Below, in pieces: positions 56,765 to 64,000 of a stretch of 64,000 nucleotides of DNA. Both the position numbers and the translations under genes were made by a program. The first letter of the stretch is position 1; every line of letters begins with the position of its first letter. The notes beneath the pieces are model-generated. The model saw nothing but the letters and a program-made list of their open reading frames with translations. It made no database searches and was not told the DNA's origin. This DNA comes from Kangiellaceae bacterium (GTDB taxonomy: Bacteria; Pseudomonadota; Gammaproteobacteria; Enterobacterales; Kangiellaceae), in contig OZ246008.1 of the NCBI GenBank assembly GCA_965230525.1, forward strand, positions 903,251 through 967,250. Direction: 5' to 3'.

Positions 56765-57208
56765 TTAACTTTTGGGTGAAGTGTGAGAGCATTTTTTGCC
56801 ATCGCAATTTGTGGGCTCAATTTTTAGCCTATTGCCTAGCAGAGTCGAAATCGGATGACGATATTTAGCAATTAATAAGTAAAACCAATGACAGACTGTT
56901 ATTAGAACGGGCCAATTTAACGGGGCTACCCACAGCCCTTTACCGACTAATGTCCAAGCCCTATGGGTAACTTCGAGCCCCAATAAAAGCTTACCTTGAT
57001 AATATCCATGCAAGATCTTCATTGCTTCAGAAAAATTAATTTCAGAATATTCTTTTGCTAGTTGCGGATTGTGCAAGTCGAATAAAATGATTCTATTATT
57101 TGTGTCTTGTCGTTTCAAACTGCGCATCTCTGCGCTGCAAAGCGGACATTTACCATCATAAAAAATAGTTAAACTATTTGAATTCGTACTCTCGGGCTGG
57201 TAACTCAT
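56765..57208 (-). CDS. DCC-family thiol-disulfide oxidoreductase (DUF393)
   Basis: Has the FYDGKCPLC motif. The ATG at 57208 forms an ATGA overlap with the upstream gene's stop. Confidence 0.8.
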   Translation of the reverse strand: MSYQPESTNSNSLTIFYDGKCPLCSAEMRSLKRQDTNNRIILFDLHNPQLAKEYSEINFSEAMKILHGYYQGKLLLGLEVTHRAWTLVGKGLWVAPLNWPVLITVCHWFYLLIAKYRHPISTLLGNRLKIEPTNCDGKKCSHTSPKS

Positions 57209-57618
57209 AGCATTGTCCAAAAATATAAAGCTACTGCATGTAGCAATACCACGGCGACTGTTAAGTGAAAACGCATTTTTAAGTAATGATTTAAGTCATG
57301 CGTGTTCGATAAAAATTTTTCATAATAAAATAACCACAGATAGCCAACTGCCAAAATGACTAAGGACAGTGAAGTTTCAACTAGTAATGCAAGGAAAGCG
57401 ATTAAACAGAACATATTGCTAATAATTTGTCGTTTAACACTACTTTCTTTGGTATTAACTTGCCAGAGCGAACCCGCCAAAAAACTTAAAATTATCGCGC
57501 TGTAAGAGATAAAAACTTGCAACCCTTTCAAGCGCCATTCTTGTACCAGAAAGCTAGCCGATAAAGCGCCTAAAAACGGTAATAACCCTAAGTAGCCGAG
57601 TGTCCGCCAAGTTTTCAT
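57205..57618 (-). CDS. DUF3429 membrane protein
   Basis: The ATG at 57618 gives MKTWRTLGYLGLLPFLG, the family's N-terminal signature. It has 4 TM helices. Confidence 0.65.
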   Translation of the reverse strand: MKTWRTLGYLGLLPFLGALSASFLVQEWRLKGLQVFISYSAIILSFLAGSLWQVNTKESSVKRQIISNMFCLIAFLALLVETSLSLVILAVGYLWLFYYEKFLSNTHDLNHYLKMRFHLTVAVVLLHAVALYFWTML

Positions 57619-57690
57619 TGGAAAAAACTTCTCGGTTGACAGGTTAGCGAATATAAGCCTAAACACAAAAGTAAATGGATACCTTTCATG

Positions 57691-58335
57691 TTACTTTAGC
57701 TCTTCTTTTATTCGAGTGGATTTATTTGGTTCGGCATAACTTAACCGAGAAATCCGCTTGGTAAGGTGGTAGCTATCGAGTCCAGAGTTAGTAACGGTGC
57801 CCAGTGATTCAATATCAATATAGCCATCTTCACAAATTGCAGATGCGTCACATAACAAATCAGTTATCTCACCGACAACGAGTTGCGTCCCGTTGCTGAC
57901 AATGGGCAAAATTTCGCAAAGCTCAACCGCGTATTTCAATCGACTTTCCTTTACAAATGGCGCTTTGATGTTTTCAAAGAATAACTTTGTTAGACCTGTT
58001 TGCTGAAATTCACACTGTTGCTTGGAATATTTGGCAGAAGTCTGATGAGCAGCTTTGAAAAAATCGCGATTTACTTGGTTAATCGTAAATTGTTTTGTCT
58101 GTTGAATATTATCGAAAGTATGTCGCTCGACGATGTCTGGCCTCATTACAAATCCAACTAACGCTGGGTTAGCTCCTAGATGTACGACAGAACTGAAAAT
58201 GGCCAGATTAGTTTGCCCGTGCCGATCTATGCTGCCTATGAGGTTCGTACTTTTGAACCCTGATAAGCTATTGATCAATCTCGCCCGGTAGCGTGATTGC
58301 ATTTGGCTAAAGCTGTTTGTATCAAAATGCTGCAA
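57691..58335 (-). CDS. Flavin reductase-like (FMN-binding split-barrel) protein
   Basis: The LSGFKSTNLIGSIDRHGQTNLAIFSSVVHLGANPALVGFVMRP pattern is typical of flavin-reductase-domain proteins. Confidence 0.65.
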   Translation of the reverse strand: MQHFDTNSFSQMQSRYRARLINSLSGFKSTNLIGSIDRHGQTNLAIFSSVVHLGANPALVGFVMRPDIVERHTFDNIQQTKQFTINQVNRDFFKAAHQTSAKYSKQQCEFQQTGLTKLFFENIKAPFVKESRLKYAVELCEILPIVSNGTQLVVGEITDLLCDASAICEDGYIDIESLGTVTNSGLDSYHLTKRISRLSYAEPNKSTRIKEELK

Positions 58336-58502
58336 TTTAGTTTAGAACGTTGAATTGGTTAGAGCTATAGTTACGTTCAAAACCTCATTTGAGATCAGTT
58401 TGATCTGCGCTATAGCACGCATTCAATGTAATAAAATTTTTACCGCCAAATGAGGATAAAATGCCAACGATCTATGTGTAGCTCGACCAGAGGTTTAATT
58501 GA

Positions 58503-59366
58503 TTAGAATTTTTCCAACCAATCAATTACATGCTGCCATAAAACTTGCGAACGCTTGCTAAAGAACTTCATATGACCAATTTCTTTTAGTTGATAGGTTT
58601 TTGGATCAAGAGTTAAGGTCTCATAATCAATATTTGAATACACCGAAATCATATCCTGAACATTCTTATTATTGGCAATGGGATCATCAACCGAATTGAT
58701 CCACAATGATGGCAGGGTCAACTCATCGTAAAAGTGAGTATTAATGGTTTTACCAAATTCAGTTTTAACGTAGCCAGTGCCATTGCACCAGATTCGCCAT
58801 TGTTGAGCGACACGCTTAGGCAAAGGCTCACCCATACCGACAAGCTCGCTTCGGGTATGCCCAAACAACAAGTTGCTGAGCGGAATAAAAACGTTCATAA
58901 AAAAGTGAGCTTGAAACCAAAACGGCATATTCATATTCCGTAAACTACCCGAGGAACAAGCCACATTAAATACCGAGGTAAACTCATGGGCATTAGGCAT
59001 CAACCCGACTAACTGACCGCCTGCACTATGCCCGATTAAGTGATATTGAGTGTTAGGGAAATGCGCTTTTAGTGATTCAAATGCTGCGGGCATATCTTGC
59101 TCGCCCCAACTAATGATACTGGCAGGGCTGTTCTTAACCGAACCAGTTAAGGAATCACCAATTCCGCGGTTATCAAAGGTTAATACCGCATAACCTTGCG
59201 CGCATAAAAACTTAGCAAAGCTTGCATAAAATTGTCGCCTGATGCCAGTGGCAGGGCCAATTAATAATGCGCCTTTGAGTTGTCCAGCTGGAGCATAAGT
59301 TGAGCCGACTATATTTACCCTATCGTTGCAGGTGATGGTGATAGTTTGTGGCTGATTATCCGTCAT
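58503..59366 (-). CDS. Alpha/beta-fold hydrolase
   Basis: Has the nucleophile elbow GHSAGG and an HGF/NRGIG-type oxyanion region (FDNRGIGDS). Confidence 0.8.
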   Translation of the reverse strand: MTDNQPQTITITCNDRVNIVGSTYAPAGQLKGALLIGPATGIRRQFYASFAKFLCAQGYAVLTFDNRGIGDSLTGSVKNSPASIISWGEQDMPAAFESLKAHFPNTQYHLIGHSAGGQLVGLMPNAHEFTSVFNVACSSGSLRNMNMPFWFQAHFFMNVFIPLSNLLFGHTRSELVGMGEPLPKRVAQQWRIWCNGTGYVKTEFGKTINTHFYDELTLPSLWINSVDDPIANNKNVQDMISVYSNIDYETLTLDPKTYQLKEIGHMKFFSKRSQVLWQHVIDWLEKF

Positions 59367-59547
59367 AAAGTGAACCCTAGATGAGTTTGACTAATAACAT
59401 ACAGGTGGTCATACCAGTATGCAAGTGATAATTCGTGCGATCGTGTACGTTCACCAGTTGCGTTTAGTAAGCGTTGTCATTTCGATCTAAAAGTCCCCAT
59501 GACACGTAAAACTTATCTAAGCACTCAGCTAAATAAGAGATACTGAA

Positions 59548-60177
59548 TTGAAATCACTCAACCAAATTAAAGACATTCGATTTCAATTTAAACTTCTGCT
59601 TGGAGGTTTTTTGTTCATGGCGTTTTTAGGCAACTGGTTATTCGGTAAATTGGCGATGAGCGGGGAATTAGAGTCCGTTAATCGGCAAAATTTGGTTATC
59701 GATTTAGCGCATTCTAACGAGCCGAAGCGTTGGTACATTATCAATGATGGCGTAATGGGAGGTCGCTCTTACGGCGAGTTCCAATCTTTTCAGCAAACCG
59801 CAAAATTTAGCGGTGAAATTTCACTAGAAAACAATGGCGGCTTTAGCTCTGTTTATCGACCGATTAACAACTTTAATCAGGCGTATACTAAAGTCACCAT
59901 TGATATCGTTGGTGATGGCCAAACTTACCAGCTGAGAACAACCAGCAACATTCAGGGCTATCGGGTGGCGTATAAACACGAATTTAAAACTCAGTCGGGA
60001 GAAAGACAAACAATTCAATTTCGACTCGATCACTTTGATGCAACCTTTAGAGGGCGAGCTATTCCAAATGCTCCGCTACTGACCGAGACTGAAATTAGGG
60101 AAGTTGGTTTTCTAATGACTAAAAAACAACCTGGTCGATTTGCACTGCAAGTCAATCAAATTACTTTTTCAAAGTAA
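59548..60177 (+). CDS. CIA30-family protein
   Basis: Contains W.IINDGVMGGRSYGEF ... GGFSSV ... EIREVGFLM, motifs of the complex-I intermediate-associated protein 30 family. TTG start is uncertain. Confidence 0.7.
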   Translation: MKSLNQIKDIRFQFKLLLGGFLFMAFLGNWLFGKLAMSGELESVNRQNLVIDLAHSNEPKRWYIINDGVMGGRSYGEFQSFQQTAKFSGEISLENNGGFSSVYRPINNFNQAYTKVTIDIVGDGQTYQLRTTSNIQGYRVAYKHEFKTQSGERQTIQFRLDHFDATFRGRAIPNAPLLTETEIREVGFLMTKKQPGRFALQVNQITFSK

Positions 60178-60204
60178 AGTTTAGTCAACCAAGCTATCAA
60201 AATC

Positions 60205-60423
60205 ATGATGAATCAGTTTCACCCTAAAGCACTATTAAATAGTAAATGGACTAAGGTTGAAGTGGCTAACAAAGAAAAGCATTTTACTGTCACCAAATTA
60301 GAGTTTGATGAACAGCAAAAGGTCATTGAATGTGTGTTAGAGGCTGTGATTAATTGTGCAGAATACTCAATCGATTGGAGGGAATTAAGAGACTCAAATC
60401 GGTGGAAAATTGGTTGGCAGTAA
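60205..60423 (+). CDS. Trp-rich small protein (TIGR02450-like)
   Basis: 72 aa. Contains LLNSKWTKVE...EKHFTVTKLEFDE ... W(R/K)..L.D...W..GW. Confidence 0.65.
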   Translation: MMNQFHPKALLNSKWTKVEVANKEKHFTVTKLEFDEQQKVIECVLEAVINCAEYSIDWRELRDSNRWKIGWQ

Positions 60424-60594
60424 ATATCTAATCAATCGAAATCTATTCTACCAAAGCCAACCATCCACATTGGAGCATCTAATAATTAAAATAACGGTAA
60501 ATGACATCCTCAATTAACAAGGCTTTTGTTCGTAGATAGCTTGCATAGTGTTATGGTAGGAGCTCTTAGTGGCTTCCCTTCCCAAGTACGTGAT

Positions 60595-61491
60595 TTAGTA
60601 TTTGGGTCTGAGACTTTCAATCACCTGAGTGTCCACCCAATATTTCTTCCCAACATAATCACGACTTCCATCTTTTTTTACTTTCCATTCTCCTCTAGTA
60701 AAAAATAGAAATTTTCCATCATGTGTCAGCTGCGGCCCTCCTTCCGGCATTTCGGTGTTTATTGTTGGGCCCATATTGATTGCCGGTAACCAAGACCCAT
60801 CTTCCTGCTTAAAGCTAATATACAAGTCTGTATCCCCATACCCATCTTTTCGATCCATATACCAGATTAAATATGATTCGTCTGGGGCAATAGTAGAGCC
60901 GCCGACATATTTTGCTGAACTAATACCCAGACCAATGATTTTCACTGACGGTTCGTACTTTCCATCTATAAGGCGAGAATAATGGATAGAGCCATTTTCA
61001 CTATGTTCTCCCTTTTTATAGACAGTAATATAATAAGTTCCTTTTGCCGATATTGACATCCCATGTGCCATATCGTTAATAAAGTCTCCTGGGCTTTTGG
61101 GTTCCGACCAACCAGTATCAGTTCGTTCTCTATACTTTTTTCCCGTATACATGATATTACCGTCAGCGGAAAATTGCGGCCACCTTATATCAGTCTCAGA
61201 TTCCTGACCCCAACGATCATTTTCATATCGAATAACAAAAAATGCACGCTTTTTATATTTTCCATGTTTTCTAGTGAAGTAGAACTCCTTCATATCTGGT
61301 GTAAACGAACCATGGTCAAACCTTCCATCAGGAGAGATTATTTTAGGATCAAAAAGTTTAGGTATCAGCCCAGGTGGTTTTTCTCCGAAATAATGGCTTT
61401 CTTCTGCTTGTGATTTATTTTTACCCTGACTATGGCCGCTCAAAGCTATAATTGAAAACAATAGACCAATTGAAATACTGATATGGTTCAT
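60595..61491 (-). CDS. Secreted PD40/TolB-like beta-propeller repeat protein
   Basis: The ATG at 61491 gives the signal peptide MNHISISIGLLFSIIALSG. It has repeated ...DG..(L/M)(Y/F)F(T/S)R... and DTDLYISF...GSW..A.NMGPTINT motifs. Confidence 0.6.
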   Translation of the reverse strand: MNHISISIGLLFSIIALSGHSQGKNKSQAEESHYFGEKPPGLIPKLFDPKIISPDGRFDHGSFTPDMKEFYFTRKHGKYKKRAFFVIRYENDRWGQESETDIRWPQFSADGNIMYTGKKYRERTDTGWSEPKSPGDFINDMAHGMSISAKGTYYITVYKKGEHSENGSIHYSRLIDGKYEPSVKIIGLGISSAKYVGGSTIAPDESYLIWYMDRKDGYGDTDLYISFKQEDGSWLPAINMGPTINTEMPEGGPQLTHDGKFLFFTRGEWKVKKDGSRDYVGKKYWVDTQVIESLRPKY

Positions 61492-62218
61492 AGTTTGCCT
61501 CTCCTTTGAATTCAAAGAACTTCCACATTGAAGTCCCTTTCTATTGATATATTGAATAATTGTGACATTTCGATTAGTTGTAATTGAACCGACGGTCAGA
61601 ATAGTCAATCCGTTGTCAAATAACCTGACGTCCTTATGACTTCTAGCTGATATTGTTCTGACGACGATAAGTACCTTACTAGGTACATATAAAAATAACT
61701 ATCATCGGTCGGGCCTCGCCAACTGATTGATAAAGATAAACAAAGTGCTAATACAACGGGTAAATAAGCGCTTAAAACCGCTTTTATGAAATACTTTTCA
61801 GTGCTTCAAAAAAAGCAAATAACTCTCGCAAATCGTCATAATAGGACAGGCAATATTTGCCACTTAGTTCATAGATGTCGTAAAAGTAATTTTTGACCAA
61901 GTTTAAACGAGATCTCAATCGGTTAAAGCATTGGTCATTAGAAGCCTAAAAACAGAAAAGATTAAGTTGATAGATGATAAATGTATTGTGAACAGACCAG
62001 CTGTCACTTTCACTATATCTTTTTATGGTAAAAAGGCTAGTTCAAGCGAATAAGTGGCTGTATATTGAGTTCGAACTTCAATGATGACAATTAATTACTG
62101 CGGTCCTACCTGGAGAGCTAGTATTAAAGTAGGAATTTTTTTACTGAGAATGGTGTGTTACTCTCAACAAACAACATACAAAAAGCGTTAAAAGAAAGAG
62201 CTAACTTGGGGAGAAAAA

Positions 62219-62752
62219 GTGAAAAACAGTTTGATAAAGGGATGTAGCTTATTTACAACAATCGTATTATTGCTGACAAGTTTTAGCCTAATGTCAGAAG
62301 AATCTGCTGGTGAATGGCAACTAGGAAAATACATTACAGTCGCACCAAAGGGGTTGGATGTTACTTTTCAACTACTTGAAGAGTACGACCCAAATCAAAA
62401 GCTAGTGATGGGTTGGAACGGTGAAGATTCACTCTTTACTATGGTGGTCGACGAGCAGCCAGGAGGAGAAAAAGTAGAACTCTATTGGAAAGGCATTCTT
62501 CAAGAAATGAAAAAAGCATCTGCCATTGACGTTGCTCATGAAGGAAGTTTTAAAAGTAATTCCGGCTTAGAGATAACATTTAAGGTAATTGCACTAAATA
62601 TCGACGGACAACCTGCATTGCAGATTTATTATCTAGTAAAAAACGACAAGATTGCTTATTGGGCAATTGCCAATGTTTCAGATTTAAAAACGGTGAACGA
62701 AGCCTACCAGCAAAGCGCGCGGGTTTTAAAAACCGTTCAATTGACAAAGTAA
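62219..62752 (+). CDS. Hypothetical secreted protein
   Basis: GTG follows GGGGAG. It has a signal-like N-terminus, LFTTIVLLLTSFSLMS. I recognise no family. Confidence 0.45.
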   Translation: MKNSLIKGCSLFTTIVLLLTSFSLMSEESAGEWQLGKYITVAPKGLDVTFQLLEEYDPNQKLVMGWNGEDSLFTMVVDEQPGGEKVELYWKGILQEMKKASAIDVAHEGSFKSNSGLEITFKVIALNIDGQPALQIYYLVKNDKIAYWAIANVSDLKTVNEAYQQSARVLKTVQLTK

Positions 62753-62879
62753 GTTAATGGTGGACCAGTATTTAGGTTTATCGAAATTCTTAAGTCAGAG
62801 TACAGTGCTGCGAAGTCGTACCAGGCCGTTAAATTCATGTTCGAATTATTAAATTCCGTAGATACCATCTACCTTTCTT

Positions 62880-64000
62880 CTAATAATTAAAATACCGATA
62901 AACAACATCCTCAATCAACAACGCACTGGTTAGCCAAAAATTAGGATGTTCCTTGGCTGACTCTTTCAATTTATCAAGTTGCTCCCTTGCAACCCACTGC
63001 CCGTTTTTAATCACCGCGTTAGGCGTTTTTAAATGTCCAATATCATCACTGGGATCTTCCAAAGTTATTACCAAATCGGCAACCTTGCCTACTCTAATAC
63101 TGCCATACTGTTCAGCAATTTTTAGAGCTTTTGCCGGATTAATCGTTGCGGCTTTAATGACTTCAAAATCACTTAAGCCAGATTGCTTTAGTAATGCCAT
63201 CTCTCGGTGTGTCGACACTCCAGCTGCCATGTACATCATGCCAGAATCTGAACCGACTAAAAGATCGACTTGTTGCCGGTGTAATTCCTTAACGATTTGT
63301 TTTAAGAACTCGCCCTTTTCAATGTGAAACGCACTTTGTTCCGGGGTATCAGCTAGCCACCTTGCGATAGCATGTTCTTCTTCTAGACTGACTCTCACTG
63401 GGTTTAGGTAAGCTAAATCAAGTGTATCTATATAGCTTTGTTTGCCATTACTTAAATTTGTAAGATGATCAAAAACTGCCAGTGTGGGCGTCACCGGAAC
63501 ACCCGTATTTTTAATCTTATTGACAACCCCTTTAAGTCTCACATGATCAAATTGATAATCTAACGGACCTTGGTAAATATCTTCAACATGTTCCAATGAC
63601 TGTAAGCCGTTAAGGTATTGCCAATCAGAACATTTTGCGGGGTGAGGGCCGTGTTTTGCAACGGCGATATCTAACTGATTCGCTCGCTCAATAATCGCTT
63701 CGAATTGCGCCGCATCTTGGTAGCCGTATAATTTAATCATATCGAAACCGTCAGCTTTGGCCTCCTCTACCAATTTATAGGCATGTTGCGGTGAAGTTAC
63801 GGCTTGATTGAGTGCATGACTATTTGGGCTGGCCATGACCGGTGAGCTTAAGTATAGGTTACTACCAAGCCATTCATTTTGATCGAGTTCCTCTCGCCAA
63901 AGCAAATGCATCCGATAGCCGCGCATCATTCTAACCGAGGTCACGCCATGAGCTAAACTCAAGGCCAATGCTTTACGTTCTAAATGATGCACATGCATAT
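62880..64000 (-). CDS. Amidohydrolase-family protein (N-terminus outside window)
   Basis: The frame is open to the window edge. The window edge falls at the metal-binding M-H-V-H motif. The C-terminal ...GSIRVGKVADLVI... is typical of amidohydrolases. Confidence 0.75.
   Translation of the reverse strand, partial: MHVHHLERKALALSLAHGVTSVRMMRGYRMHLLWREELDQNEWLGSNLYLSSPVMASPNSHALNQAVTSPQHAYKLVEEAKADGFDMIKLYGYQDAAQFEAIIERANQLDIAVAKHGPHPAKCSDWQYLNGLQSLEHVEDIYQGPLDYQFDHVRLKGVVNKIKNTGVPVTPTLAVFDHLTNLSNGKQSYIDTLDLAYLNPVRVSLEEEHAIARWLADTPEQSAFHIEKGEFLKQIVKELHRQQVDLLVGSDSGMMYMAAGVSTHREMALLKQSGLSDFEVIKAATINPAKALKIAEQYGSIRVGKVADLVITLEDPSDDIGHLKTPNAVIKNGQWVAREQLDKLKESAKEHPNFWLTSALLIEDVVYRYFNY

Overview
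This is a chromosomal window from a moderately AT-rich genome that looks gammaproteobacterial and possibly marine. Gene content and local order support this: pepQ-yigZ next to fadBA, qmcA-ybbJ-like, nhaA, purEK, yihG-like, and a truncated hrcA at the left edge. I support about 60 protein-coding genes. I saw no rRNA, tRNA, CRISPR array, transposase or integrase. Most of the window is housekeeping or environmental metabolism: fatty-acid oxidation, many secreted peptidases (M16, S9, M90/MtfA, DUF885-like, PepQ), a TonB-dependent receptor, and regulators of the Lrp, LysR, MocR and HxlR types.

The stand-out region is 29.1-36.5 kb. It is a compact island with T6SS-cargo hallmarks: a DUF2169 adaptor-like gene and a DUF4150 PAAR-like gene. 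No vgrG, hcp or tss core gene occurs anywhere in the 64 kb. The island also contains:
- a thiolase-fold / beta-ketoacyl-synthase-like protein that has lost the Cys-His-His catalytic triad;
- a 496-aa protein whose only recognisable signature is one HEVGH motif plus a Cys-rich tail;
- an alternating array of two unrecognised small-protein families, arranged A1-B1-A2-B2-A3 followed by a convergent, divergent B-like gene. Only some copies keep export signals.

Secondary points of interest:
- a CHASE2-like Ser/Thr kinase, PP2C phosphatase and FHA cassette;
- two isolated immunity-like genes (Imm22-like, Rap1a/Tai-like);
- an SbtA-like bicarbonate-transporter gene fused into the purEK operon behind a LysR regulator;
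- a PsrA-type palindrome upstream of fadBA;
- a REP/MITE-like intergenic repeat family showing a compensatory stem substitution.

All family assignments come from reading the translations and recalling family signatures. No database search was run.
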